Source of the DNA: a virus
Length of the DNA stretch: 64,000 bases
Strand: one strand, 5' to 3'
IMG/VR virus record: IMGVR_UViG_3300025133_000023
In this document: positions 25,679 through 35,202 of the stretch, one piece after another
Numbering within the stretch: position 1 is the stretch's first letter
How the letters are laid out: each line of letters starts with the position of its first letter
Notes under the pieces: model-generated
Databases searched by the model: none
Told to the model about the DNA's origin: nothing
The model's input: only the letters and a program-made list of their open reading frames with translations
Translations under genes and position numbers: made by a program

Positions 25679-26587
25679 ATGAGGACAATTATTTTGTCTA
25701 TACAGGTTGATACACTGAGGACACTCGATGGAGTAGATCCTCAACTGATCAACGACTTGTACCACTCCAAGTCAATACCAGCTGAGCGCTTAAATGGGAA
25801 CGCTCCAAAGTTTCCGCACTCTGCAATCATTCTCAAGAATGGTTCCCAGTCTGTAATCGCAACTTTGTCAGGAGATTCGAAAACGATCAACCTTCTAACT
25901 AAGGTACAGGTCGGAAGCATCGAACCTAGAAATGCAGAACAGTCAGTCTTTGCTAGGCAGCTAATGGACCCCACCATTCCTATCAATATAGGAATTGGTC
26001 GTGCAGGTACAGGTAAGACACTTCTAGCTTTGGCTGCTGCTTTAGAATTGACTATGGGAAAGGATAGAATCTATGATAGAATCCTTCTCTGTAAGCCACT
26101 TCACACTGTAACTGGACGAAATCTAGGAGCACTGCCTGGTGAGCTTAAAGACAAGATGGACCCCTACATGCAGTCCTATATGGACCAAGTAGAAGTCATT
26201 CTTGGAGCAAGAGGAAAGGGCTGGGTCAAGGGAATGCTTTTCCAAGGACAGTTAGAGTTCATTCCTTTTGAGTACATGCGAGGACGTTCTTTAAGAAACT
26301 CCTTTATCATTGGTGACGAGCTCCAGAACCTAGACAATCACGAGATGGAAACATTTGGTTCACGTCTAAGTGAGGGCAGCAAACTTGTTTTGCTTGGTGA
26401 TTTGGGACAAAGAGACAATCTCAATCATAGAAAACCAGGAAGCCGCATCCTTCTTGAACATTGTGGACTTAACACAATGATTACCTCTCCCCATGTTCAA
26501 CAGTCGAGCCTTAGCTCTGTCTGTGTATTGGTGAAGAATGAGAGAAGCGATGTATCTGATCTCATCTACAAGGTTTTCAACGAATAA
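25679..26587 (+). CDS. phoH: PhoH-family ATPase
   Basis: RNAEQ, GRAGTGKT, GALPGELKDK, RGRSL, DELQN, LGDLGQRD. Confidence 0.93.
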   Translation: MRTIILSIQVDTLRTLDGVDPQLINDLYHSKSIPAERLNGNAPKFPHSAIILKNGSQSVIATLSGDSKTINLLTKVQVGSIEPRNAEQSVFARQLMDPTIPINIGIGRAGTGKTLLALAAALELTMGKDRIYDRILLCKPLHTVTGRNLGALPGELKDKMDPYMQSYMDQVEVILGARGKGWVKGMLFQGQLEFIPFEYMRGRSLRNSFIIGDELQNLDNHEMETFGSRLSEGSKLVLLGDLGQRDNLNHRKPGSRILLEHCGLNTMITSPHVQQSSLSSVCVLVKNERSDVSDLIYKVFNE

Positions 26588-26798
26588 CGTATGGTGGGGT
26601 GTCATTCAACATATTAGAATGGTTCCTTGTCAATTTGCTTACGCTGAAATCGGCTTCAATAAAAAACCTATTGTTTTATTAACTTCTAAGGAAAGACCCC
26701 TTCACGAAGGGAACCTCATCCTTAGCATTCCAATACGGAGTCTTGTTAGAAATGCTATAGACAGATTTTTCTACGACAAAGAATTCACGAAAGGATAA
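26550..26798 (+). CDS. small hypothetical protein, MYLIS N-terminus
   Basis: Fills the phoH-HNH gap; start overlaps phoH end by 38 nt. Confidence 0.5.
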   Translation: MYLISSTRFSTNNVWWGVIQHIRMVPCQFAYAEIGFNKKPIVLLTSKERPLHEGNLILSIPIRSLVRNAIDRFFYDKEFTKG

Positions 26799-26805
26799 GA
26801 AAGCC

Positions 26806-27372
26806 ATGACTGCGAACCTCATCAAACTTAATAGGGTTCGAGTTCTAGTCCTTAACTCAACCTATGAACCGTTTAAGTTTCAAGACTGGATCACAACCAT
26901 CCATAATCTCTATGAGGAAGTTGCTGTTCCTATGGAACTCACTCACGACGGCGAAATAATTGCCGCTCGTAGCGCGAGAAACGAATGGGCCATCCCTAGT
27001 GTAATTCGTCTGAAGAACTATGCACCAATCCCTCGTGGAAAGGTTGCTCCCTACACTCCACAAAACATTTACGTTCGTGATAACTGGCAGTGCCAGTTAA
27101 GAGTAAAGGATGTCTGTACAGCTCCTCTAGTAGGAGACCTCAAGTTCCAGAAGCGGACTATTGACCACGTCATTAGTCAATACTATGGTGGTGCAACTAA
27201 CTTTACAAACTGTGTAGCTAGCTGCTCAGCATGTAATCAGTACAAGAAGTACCACCTAAGCATTAAGCCACGGAAAGTACCACACGTTCCGTCTTGGATG
27301 TCCATCTATCACAAGAAGTACATCAAGACTGCTACCGGTCCTGAAGAATGGGAAATATGGCTAGGGGATTAA
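26806..27372 (+). CDS. HNH endonuclease
   Basis: VLVLNSTYEP, PSVIRL, RDNWQCQ, TIDHV, NCVASCSACN. Confidence 0.9.
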   Translation: MTANLIKLNRVRVLVLNSTYEPFKFQDWITTIHNLYEEVAVPMELTHDGEIIAARSARNEWAIPSVIRLKNYAPIPRGKVAPYTPQNIYVRDNWQCQLRVKDVCTAPLVGDLKFQKRTIDHVISQYYGGATNFTNCVASCSACNQYKKYHLSIKPRKVPHVPSWMSIYHKKYIKTATGPEEWEIWLGD

Positions 27373-27411
27373 GCATAAAATCAAGGAGAAGTGGAATGAT
27401 AATGACACTTA

Positions 27412-27717
27412 ATGATGCAATTAAACACGCAGAAGAAAAATCTGAAGAAGGCAACCAGCATGATCGTTAAGTTCAACGTAGATCACGCCTCCTATGTCGG
27501 GAACGACGAGGATGGCTGCTACTACCAGACGGCTGGAACTGATGAGAGCTGGTACGTCACGGTGATCGTCGATTGCAGGTCGGCAAACTTCACAGCTGAT
27601 TATCTAGTCGACGAAGGTCCCTTCGACACCGAGCAAGAGGCCGAACTCGCAGGTGAGTCAGCCGCACAAGAGTGGTGCATCAACAACGAGGTGGATTGGA
27701 ATAGAGATGACGGATAG
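27412..27717 (+). CDS. hypothetical acidic protein
   Basis: ORF in a visibly GC-richer stretch. Confidence 0.6.
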   Translation: MMQLNTQKKNLKKATSMIVKFNVDHASYVGNDEDGCYYQTAGTDESWYVTVIVDCRSANFTADYLVDEGPFDTEQEAELAGESAAQEWCINNEVDWNRDDG

Positions 27718-27907
27718 CCAGAAGAAGCAGGCCCCTGTTGATGCCCAAACGATGTGCTGGGGATGTGGGAAGTGGTCGACAACCTTGTACTGCGAAAAGT
27801 GCTTCAAGGAGGCCAAGTGCTCCCATGACAAGAAGATCGAGGACTGTGACACCTGCTACGTAGCAGGTGATCTGGCCTTCGACGCAGGGAGAGAACGTGG
27901 AAGGTAA
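27707..27907 (+). CDS. small Cys-rich zinc-finger protein
   Basis: CWGC, CEKC, CSH, CDTC. Confidence 0.65.
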   Translation: MTDSQKKQAPVDAQTMCWGCGKWSTTLYCEKCFKEAKCSHDKKIEDCDTCYVAGDLAFDAGRERGR

Positions 27908-28087
27908 ACAAACCACAAAGTTCGTAACCTTCACAGGCCGGAACGTCAGGTTTTAATACCTGGCAAGACCGAGATCGTCTGGGACGACATCATTTTCGCT
28001 CTGGGCAACGAGTGCAGGTTCAATGGGCACGTTCCTTGGACAGTGCTGCAGCACACGGGCTTGGTGATCAAATGGTCAAATAACTGA
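27897..28087 (+). pseudogene. frameshifted, truncated HD-superfamily (YfdR/YfbR-like) gene
   Basis: GTG 27897 gives MEGKQTTKFVTFTGRNVRF*; another frame gives VLIPGKTEIVWDDIIFALGNECRFNGHVPWTVLQHTGLV then TGA. Confidence 0.7.
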
Positions 28088-28176
28088 AATTGAGAGGCGC
28101 TTGTGTCTCTCTTTCTTTGTTTTAAGACTATCAATGTTTGAAGAGATGTTGTTTAAAATTAAGTTCGGAGGTTTGA

Positions 28177-28524
28177 ATGGGGCTTTCTAAGAGAGAGAAG
28201 CTTGTAAATGTCATACATGCTATAATTAAGGATGAGCGAATGTCTCTACCAGAGGTATTGCTAGCTCTTAGTCAAGTCATGACAGACATTGGACTAACAC
28301 TGTGGAACTTTAGAGGATCATCGCAAGGTTTGAAGACAACCTTAGACGTTGAGCTACTGAAGCACATAGAGCAAAAGCACTACGAGAACCCTGGAATAGA
28401 CAGCGCACTTATACTACAAGCCGCACTTATGGTGACCTGGGCTGAAGATTGGATGAAGAGATTAAGAGAGGAGAAGAAGAAAGAAGATGCAGGCACTACA
28501 GTTCCGAAGGCTAAAGGTAAGTGA
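28177..28524 (+). CDS. hypothetical protein
   Basis: ATG with GGAGG. Confidence 0.75.
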   Translation: MGLSKREKLVNVIHAIIKDERMSLPEVLLALSQVMTDIGLTLWNFRGSSQGLKTTLDVELLKHIEQKHYENPGIDSALILQAALMVTWAEDWMKRLREEKKKEDAGTTVPKAKGK

Positions 28525-29152
28525 TCAACTAACTCACTTGGTTGAAGAAGCATGTTTGAAGCTGGAAATGTTCGGCTTCACTGGTGTTAGTCTTATTGTC
28601 AAAATGGGTGGGCACAAATATCACATCGTAGTAGACAGTCTCTATCTTCATAGCATAAAAGACTCGTCCTACCTCACTAGCATTAGAAAAGCCAAAGAAG
28701 TATGTCTCCGTCGAATTAAGATCGATGGAGAAGACTGTAAAGTCTTGCAATCCAAACGTCTCAGTTGGGTGGAAACCAATGCCCTACAGCCATTCTGGAA
28801 GAAGGTTGGAGGGAAAAAGGAAACAACCTGGGGAATGTTCTTCAAACGAGTTAGCTCTATCAAGCTAGACAAGTATAAAGCTCGCGACAACTGCTTCCTT
28901 ATTGTTAATGGCACCAAGTGCTATGGGAAAAACAACACTCGTAATGCAGTCATTGCATTGCTATCCAAATTTTTAGTTCAGCTAGACGCTGAAAAGTTTA
29001 GCTATCTCGTAGAGGTGGTTGACTATTACGACGCATTCATTGCGTTATCCGAAGGCAGCTTAACTAAACTGCCAAACTGTAAACTATCTAAGAAATATCT
29101 AGATCAAGGAGAGGAAAATGAGCGAAGACAAGTATCTAAAGGAACCAGTTAA
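28487..29152 (+). CDS. hypothetical protein
   Basis: 221-aa ORF. Confidence 0.65.
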   Translation: MQALQFRRLKVSDQLTHLVEEACLKLEMFGFTGVSLIVKMGGHKYHIVVDSLYLHSIKDSSYLTSIRKAKEVCLRRIKIDGEDCKVLQSKRLSWVETNALQPFWKKVGGKKETTWGMFFKRVSSIKLDKYKARDNCFLIVNGTKCYGKNNTRNAVIALLSKFLVQLDAEKFSYLVEVVDYYDAFIALSEGSLTKLPNCKLSKKYLDQGEENERRQVSKGTS

Positions 29153-29603
29153 GTACTGCATCTACAAGGGCATGGGCGGAAAGAATGGAGCAGCACAGTT
29201 CCAGCTAATTCGCTTCAGCCCTCGTCGTGAGTACAACGGTAAGGCAAAGCCTCAGGGCGGTGTCCTCCTAGAGATGGCCCCCACTAGTGGAAAGAACCTC
29301 TATGACTGGAGTAAGAAGGTAAGTTTCTGGATGACCCCAGAAGATTGTGCAGCCTTTCTTATCTTCAAGACCATGACCAGTGACGACCCCAATAACAAGG
29401 GAATCTTTCACAAGCATGGTGATGTAAACAAGAAGCTCAACATTTGTAAGGGCAACATCCGTGATGGACTACCAACTTGGATGCTAAGCCTAAGGTCAGG
29501 TGAACAGGTGGCCGTACCAATTAGCGCTGTTGAAATGACAGTACTAAGTAAGCTTCTCGAAGCTGCTATCCCAGCAATGTTGGGTTGGCATACAGAGGAA
29601 TAG
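29118..29603 (+). CDS. Whirly-like ssDNA-binding protein
   Basis: IYKG..AA, GVLLEMAP, YDWSKKVSF match the remembered Whirly consensus IYKGKAA..GFVLLQFAP..YDWSRKQVF. Confidence 0.6.
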   Translation: MSEDKYLKEPVKYCIYKGMGGKNGAAQFQLIRFSPRREYNGKAKPQGGVLLEMAPTSGKNLYDWSKKVSFWMTPEDCAAFLIFKTMTSDDPNNKGIFHKHGDVNKKLNICKGNIRDGLPTWMLSLRSGEQVAVPISAVEMTVLSKLLEAAIPAMLGWHTEE

Positions 29604-29605
29604 TA

Positions 29606-29842
29606 ATGGCAGCATACACGGTCTGGATTCGAGAAGTCCAGGCGGTTCCAGTTAAGGTTGAAGCAGAAAATGTTCACGATGCAGTAAATAGCGTATGGAT
29701 GGGTAGTTTTGAAGCCAACTATAACCGTGCTGTTTGGTGTAATCGTCTTGACTCCAAGACATGGAGTGTTGATCTTCCAGATGGAAGAGAGATTTACTGT
29801 GATAACCTTGACAACTTTGTTGAAGGAGATTCAAATGAGTAA
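29606..29842 (+). CDS. hypothetical protein
   Basis: ATG 29606 after GAGG. Confidence 0.65.
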   Translation: MAAYTVWIREVQAVPVKVEAENVHDAVNSVWMGSFEANYNRAVWCNRLDSKTWSVDLPDGREIYCDNLDNFVEGDSNE

Positions 29843-30245
29843 GAAGCATCCATTCAATTGCTATTCCTTTATTAAAAGAGAGGGTGGTAATTGGGTAAGC
29901 CTAGGCTTAATTCAAGATGAAACCGTTGGAGACTTCCAAAGGTTTGACTACACGCTTCCTATGAGTGGTGGGCTAGACCGTACCAGAGCAGAAGCTCTTG
30001 CACTGAGCATGCTTGCAGACACCGCAAAACTTAGCTTTCCCGTACAGGGAATTAATAACATCAAGGTGTCCTGGCGAGTCAGCTCTGATGCAACCAGAAA
30101 CTGCGTTCTTAACGATGGAGACATCCTAGCTAAGCTTGGAATGGCTTCCCCCTATTGGGATGTATGTTTGATGTCAGCTGAGCAGCAGGAAGTTTTTGAA
30201 AAGGAAATTTCAGATGAAGCAAACACTGACAGTGAAACGGAGTGA
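29835..30245 (+). CDS. hypothetical protein
   Basis: ATG 29835 after AGGAG. Confidence 0.65.
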   Translation: MSKKHPFNCYSFIKREGGNWVSLGLIQDETVGDFQRFDYTLPMSGGLDRTRAEALALSMLADTAKLSFPVQGINNIKVSWRVSSDATRNCVLNDGDILAKLGMASPYWDVCLMSAEQQEVFEKEISDEANTDSETE

Positions 30246-30582
30246 TGGGACTGAAGTCAATCTTCATTCCCTTACAAAGAAAGTCTTAGAAAAGGCTTTA
30301 AATAATCCTCAAGATGAGGTAATGTTGCTAGCAATGGAATCAGGGACTATGGCTATGGGAGCTGTGATCTCAAAAGATCCAAAATTGCAAGCAGCCTTGT
30401 TACTAGGTGGGCAGGATCTCGCTGACTGGTTCCTCAATTTTTATTTGTTGGGGACAATGATGGCACAAACCATTGAACGTAATGGGTTAGACCTTGAAGT
30501 TGTCAACGAGGATGTGAATGAGCATAGTTCTAAAGAAACTAGTGACAGAGACAGTCAAACTAACAGTACCAGTACTGATTGA
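30214..30582 (+). CDS. hypothetical protein
   Basis: ATG 30214 after AAGGA. Confidence 0.65.
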   Translation: MKQTLTVKRSDGTEVNLHSLTKKVLEKALNNPQDEVMLLAMESGTMAMGAVISKDPKLQAALLLGGQDLADWFLNFYLLGTMMAQTIERNGLDLEVVNEDVNEHSSKETSDRDSQTNSTSTD

Positions 30583-30675
30583 TTGGCTATACAGAAAACA
30601 TAAAGATCGTAAGTACAAAATGGAACACACGATCAGCTACAGTGAACTCAAAAAAGAGAGTAAGAGGTAAGAAAG

Positions 30676-31038
30676 ATGAACGGACTAAAGGTAACCAGAG
30701 TTTTCTTCAAGGAAGTGGGCGGCAGCAGCTCGCTAAAGGCATTTGCAGACGTACAGTTTAACGGTTGTATGACTATTCGAGGATTTAAGGTCTTCGAAAG
30801 TCGATACGGACCCTTCATTAAGGAGCCTTCCGAGGCCTATGAGAAGGATGGCGAGACTAAGTACTCGTCTCGTATTGGATTCCCAGATGACTGGTATGGC
30901 AGGGATAATACTAACCCTGTGTTTGACGCCGTCCTTGAAGAGTGGACAGCACATTCTGGTTCAGGGGCTAAGAAGCCCGCTGCGGGAAAGGGTAAGTCCT
31001 CTTCCGGTAACAGCGAATACTCTGACATGCCGTACTAA
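30676..31038 (+). CDS. spoVG: SpoVG-family nucleic-acid-binding protein
   Basis: LKAFADVQFNGCMTIRGFKVFE..GPFI..PS; acidic-aromatic tail YSDMPY. Confidence 0.75.
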   Translation: MNGLKVTRVFFKEVGGSSSLKAFADVQFNGCMTIRGFKVFESRYGPFIKEPSEAYEKDGETKYSSRIGFPDDWYGRDNTNPVFDAVLEEWTAHSGSGAKKPAAGKGKSSSGNSEYSDMPY

Positions 31039-31058
31039 TAAGGACGAGGAGTAAAGTT

Positions 31059-31090
31059 GCCAGTGGGGATTGTAACAAATCCTCACTGGC
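31059..31090 (+). terminator. terminator-like hairpin
   Basis: GCCAGTGGGGATT/AATCCTCACTGGC then T-rich tail. Confidence 0.7.
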
Positions 31091-31113
31091 ATTCTTATCT
31101 TTAGGAGACAAAC

Positions 31114-31689
31114 ATGTCTGATACAGATGCCATTGGAGCTGTTAGCTCCGATCAAAAGACACTAAATGAACTTGTAAATCGACTCAAAACTGGTAAGCAT
31201 CTCATGGAACTTGTTTCCGCACACATGGATGAATACTTTCAGGTTGACGGTCGAACACTCAAACAGTGGCGAATATATTTTGACATCAAGCTTCCCAAAA
31301 GCGAGATGCTCAACCCAGAAAACCTAGCTGAAGCTAATACAAAACTTTGTGACGCAATCAATGAGGCAGGGTTCTGGCATGCACGAGCTCTTCTTATCGA
31401 GCAGTCTATTCGTAGTGGTGCTCAAGGTAAGTTTGATGAAGCTTTCTCCCTTTTAGTGGAAGACTATCGTGCCAAGGGAACCGGAAAACTTCCAGCAGAA
31501 GCAACATTGAGAACTCTCTCACAAGCTAACGGTGGAGGTTTGAAGTCAGCAATTGCAACAGCCGCTACTCGAGCCAAGTTCTGGAAGTCTATTGTTGAAA
31601 CTCTAGACAGTCAACGCAAGTCACTCGAACAGCAGCGTTGGATCATGTACACTCAGCTGAAGCTTGATACCGACGGACTTACAACTTAA
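31114..31689 (+). CDS. helical hypothetical protein (possible UvsY-like mediator)
   Basis: Coiled-coil C-terminus KFWKSIVETL; position in recombination region. Confidence 0.5.
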   Translation: MSDTDAIGAVSSDQKTLNELVNRLKTGKHLMELVSAHMDEYFQVDGRTLKQWRIYFDIKLPKSEMLNPENLAEANTKLCDAINEAGFWHARALLIEQSIRSGAQGKFDEAFSLLVEDYRAKGTGKLPAEATLRTLSQANGGGLKSAIATAATRAKFWKSIVETLDSQRKSLEQQRWIMYTQLKLDTDGLTT

Positions 31690-31700
31690 AAGGAATACCA

Positions 31701-31985
31701 ATGACAGATACCGAAAAGAAAGAAACAGCCTTCACCGTTAGGTTTGCGGAAGGTGAGGGGTTTAACCTCGATAACCTTGGAGCTAACCTACAGATGGCTG
31801 AGATGGTAGCTATGATGGATGCTTGTGGACGACAGATGCTACACAGCCGCCTATCTACAATAGAAAAGGCTCTCCAGCTACACTCTGGGCTGCTTAAGCA
31901 AGTCCTTGCCCTCATTAATCCTCCTGAGACTGAAGATGATGTCCTACCTCCTTCAGAGACTGAAGAGGTAACTAAGGAAGAATAA
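31701..31985 (+). CDS. hypothetical protein
   Basis: ATG with AAGGA; coupled to nrdJ. Confidence 0.7.
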   Translation: MTDTEKKETAFTVRFAEGEGFNLDNLGANLQMAEMVAMMDACGRQMLHSRLSTIEKALQLHSGLLKQVLALINPPETEDDVLPPSETEEVTKEE

Positions 31986-33961
31986 TGGGAAGATTTGATG
32001 GCTTTCGTTTATCTGACAATTTCCTAGCAAGGTTTGAAGGCAAACAACCCCAATGGGGACCGCTAGGATACGTTACCTTTAAGAGAACCTACGCACGTAG
32101 GCTCCCTAAGGGTGGAACAGAAGAGTTCTGGCAAACATGCAAGAGGGTCGTTGAAGGAACCTATTCAGTTCAACGAAACCACTGCAAGCAGCTAGGTCTT
32201 CCATGGAATGGACACAAGGCTCAGCATTCAGCACAACGAATGTTTGATCTGATGTGGCAAATGAAATGGCTTCCTCCGGGTCGGGGACTGTGGATGATGG
32301 GGACTGAGTTCATTGAAAAACATGGCTCAGCAGCCTTAAACAACTGCGGTTTTATTAGCACAAGAGATATCAAGAGCGACTTCTCGTTTCCATTTATTTG
32401 GTTAATGGACATGTCCATGTTGGGCGTAGGGGTTGGTAGCGATACAAGAGGTGCAGGAACCGTAACTATTAGGGAACCCAAGCGTACCGATGAGATTTTT
32501 CTCATTCCAGATACGCGTGAAGGGTGGTACGAGGCAGTAAGAATTGTCCTCAATGCCTATGTCGGTAAAGGAACAATCCCAAGCTTCGATTACACCGCCA
32601 TCCGTAAGGCTGGAGAACTCATCCACGGGTTTGGCGGAATTGCCGCAGGCCCAGGCCCACTAAAGCAGCTAATTGAGATTGACATCTCCTATGTCTTGGA
32701 TCAATTGCCTGGAAAACTTATCACCTCTGAAGCTATCACTGACCTTCTCAACTATATTGGGAAGTGTGTGGTAAGTGGAAATGTGCGACGTAGTGCTGAA
32801 TTAGTTCTAGGTAACCCTGAAGACAAGAACTTCTTGTCTCTTAAGGACCCCGAGACTAATGGAAAAGCACTAGCAGACAGGCGATGGGCATCAAACAATT
32901 CTGTCATCGTTAATACTTTGACAGACTTCTCGGATCTCGCTTGGCGTACCCAGAAGAATGGAGAGCCTGGTTACTACTGGCTAAACAATGCACGAGCCTT
33001 TGGGCGAATGATTGATATGCCAGACTATAGAGATCATCGAGTAATGGGAGCCAACCCTTGTGTTGAGCAACCCCTAGAACACGGTGAGCTTTGTAACCTT
33101 GTTGAAAACTTCATGGCTAGGTGTGACTCTCAGGAAGAATTCCTTGAGGTGTTGAAGTATTCCTATCTCTATGCAAAGACTGTTACTCTCATTCCCACAC
33201 ATTGGGAGATAACTAATGCAGTTATGCTTCGCAATAGACGTATTGGTTGTAGCCTCAGTGGCATCACAAGAGCAAAGAATAAGCTAGGCACAGGAAAGTT
33301 TATCCAATGGCTAGACAAGGGCTATAATCGCATCAGAGAGCTCGATAAGATCTACTCTGAATGGTTGTGTTGTCCTGAATCTATTAAGGTCACTAGCGTT
33401 AAGCCTTCCGGAACTGTGAGTCTGCTACCTGGTGAACCGCCCGGTGTTCACTACCCACATTCTGAATACTACAATCGAATCATTCGTATTGGAGTTCAGT
33501 CTCCCCTCATCCCAAAGCTGGAGGCTGCGGGATATTATATGGAGCCAGACACCTATGCTCCTAATTCTATCTGTGTTTACTTCCCTGTAAGGGAACAGGA
33601 CTTTGATAGGTCTAAGACTGAGGTATCTATGTGGGAACAGTTAGAGCTTGTAGCATTGCTGCAGTCTTTCTGGGCAGACAATATGGTTTCAGCTACTGTT
33701 ACATTCAATGAGGTAGAAGGCAAGCAGATGAAGCATGCCTTGGAGATGTTTAGTCATAGACTCAAATCAATCTCCTTCCTGCCATTGAAGGACCACCAAT
33801 ATGAGCAAGCTCCCTATCAGGAGATTACTGGAGAGCAGTATCTCTCTTTTATCAAGAGCTTGGATCGTTTGGATCTAGATGACAGCGTTCATGAACACAC
33901 TGAACGTTTCTGTGATACTGATGTTTGTGAGATTAAGGCCTTTACATTACAGAATCGTTAG
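31985..33961 (+). CDS. nrdJ: class II (B12-dependent) ribonucleoside-triphosphate reductase
   Basis: PPGRGLW, ALNNC, GNVRRSA, GANPCVEQ, TSVKPSGTVS, C-terminal FCDTDVC. Confidence 0.95.
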   Translation: MGRFDGFRLSDNFLARFEGKQPQWGPLGYVTFKRTYARRLPKGGTEEFWQTCKRVVEGTYSVQRNHCKQLGLPWNGHKAQHSAQRMFDLMWQMKWLPPGRGLWMMGTEFIEKHGSAALNNCGFISTRDIKSDFSFPFIWLMDMSMLGVGVGSDTRGAGTVTIREPKRTDEIFLIPDTREGWYEAVRIVLNAYVGKGTIPSFDYTAIRKAGELIHGFGGIAAGPGPLKQLIEIDISYVLDQLPGKLITSEAITDLLNYIGKCVVSGNVRRSAELVLGNPEDKNFLSLKDPETNGKALADRRWASNNSVIVNTLTDFSDLAWRTQKNGEPGYYWLNNARAFGRMIDMPDYRDHRVMGANPCVEQPLEHGELCNLVENFMARCDSQEEFLEVLKYSYLYAKTVTLIPTHWEITNAVMLRNRRIGCSLSGITRAKNKLGTGKFIQWLDKGYNRIRELDKIYSEWLCCPESIKVTSVKPSGTVSLLPGEPPGVHYPHSEYYNRIIRIGVQSPLIPKLEAAGYYMEPDTYAPNSICVYFPVREQDFDRSKTEVSMWEQLELVALLQSFWADNMVSATVTFNEVEGKQMKHALEMFSHRLKSISFLPLKDHQYEQAPYQEITGEQYLSFIKSLDRLDLDDSVHEHTERFCDTDVCEIKAFTLQNR

Positions 33962-33984
33962 GTGGTTGAAAGAGTCTAGCTAAG

Positions 33985-34019
33985 CCAAGAGGGAGTAGGT
34001 TATGCCTGCTCCCTTTTGG
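33985..34019 (+). terminator. terminator hairpin after nrdJ
   Basis: 15-bp stem CCAAGAGGGAGTAGG/CCTGCTCCCTTTTGG. Confidence 0.7.
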
Positions 34020-34027
34020 TATGTTAA

Positions 34028-34777
34028 ATGGGCATGATTATTTATGAAGGGCCATCAAGGCTCGATAAAAACCCCATCGTAGTTATAGCAACCAAGAAAT
34101 CTAACAACTCCAAAACAGGTAATATGATTCAGACTTGGATCATTCGCTCAGACATTAAGCCATCTGAAGCTATTCAGCAGGGGCTTGACAGTACCGTTTG
34201 TGGAGACTGTCCTTCTCGTCCCATTATGAAGAAGCTAGACAAAGGTCCGGGCGATTGCTACGTTACCATGATGGCACCTGCTGCTATCTATAAAACCTAT
34301 AAAGAGAATCGCTACACGAAAGCACTTCTTAATTCAGAAATCTCTTCCTTTGCCAAGGGGAGAGTAGTAAGGTTGGGAGCCTATGGTGACCCAGCTGCTG
34401 TTCCAGTCAAAGTTTGGAAGGCACTGCTTGCAGAAGCTAGTGGCTACACAGGCTATACACATCAGTGGGAAAACAAGGTTGCCAAAGACCTTAAGCCACT
34501 GTGTATGGCTTCTTGTGACTCATTCGAAGACTGGGGAAAGGCAACGGCTCAAGGATGGAGAACCTTTAGGGTTGTTCGAGACACTGCCACTATTGGCAAG
34601 AGAGAATTCCGATGCCCATCGGACCCACTACTAGCAACAGCCATTCCTTGCGCAAAGTGCAAGGCGTGCGATGGAGCTGACATCAACAAACCACTAAAAG
34701 GGTCTCCCTACATCGTGGCACACGGCTATCGAAGTAAGAAGGTCCAGAGAAGAACAGCAAAATTAATGGTCTTATGA
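34028..34777 (+). CDS. Cys-rich phage protein (gp88/radical-SAM-like family)
   Basis: NSKTG, CGDCP..CYV, VRLGAYGDP, GYTHQW, terminal CP..CAKCKAC. Confidence 0.6.
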   Translation: MGMIIYEGPSRLDKNPIVVIATKKSNNSKTGNMIQTWIIRSDIKPSEAIQQGLDSTVCGDCPSRPIMKKLDKGPGDCYVTMMAPAAIYKTYKENRYTKALLNSEISSFAKGRVVRLGAYGDPAAVPVKVWKALLAEASGYTGYTHQWENKVAKDLKPLCMASCDSFEDWGKATAQGWRTFRVVRDTATIGKREFRCPSDPLLATAIPCAKCKACDGADINKPLKGSPYIVAHGYRSKKVQRRTAKLMVL

Positions 34778-35202
34778 GTACAGAAGAATATCTAAATGAA
34801 CTAACAGGCCCTCTGATAAGGTCCTTCATATGGAACAATAAAACGTTCTATGTGGTAAGCGCTGAGTGTACGATTGCAGACACAGCAAAGCTTATGACAG
34901 AAATCATTCACCAAGCTGTGAAAGATTTTGAGCGACTAGCTCTACCGTCAGCCCGTAAGGATAAGGCTAGTCGAGAGAACTGGACCACAGCACGTGGACT
35001 CCTATTTGAAGACGACTACACAATTGACTACGGAGACATCCCAGTTACATTCAAAGACATGCTTGAGTTTATCTCAACAGACGGAAGCTTTAGCGTGTCT
35101 TCGATGAGAAAGTCTCTGATAACACAAACCTTTGGATACTGGAAAATTAAAGGCGAACAATTAGAGGAAGAATTTTGGAAACAGGAGCAACAGAAACAAT
35201 GA
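34774..35202 (+). CDS. hypothetical protein
   Basis: Coupled ORF. Confidence 0.7.
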   Translation: MSTEEYLNELTGPLIRSFIWNNKTFYVVSAECTIADTAKLMTEIIHQAVKDFERLALPSARKDKASRENWTTARGLLFEDDYTIDYGDIPVTFKDMLEFISTDGSFSVSSMRKSLITQTFGYWKIKGEQLEEEFWKQEQQKQ

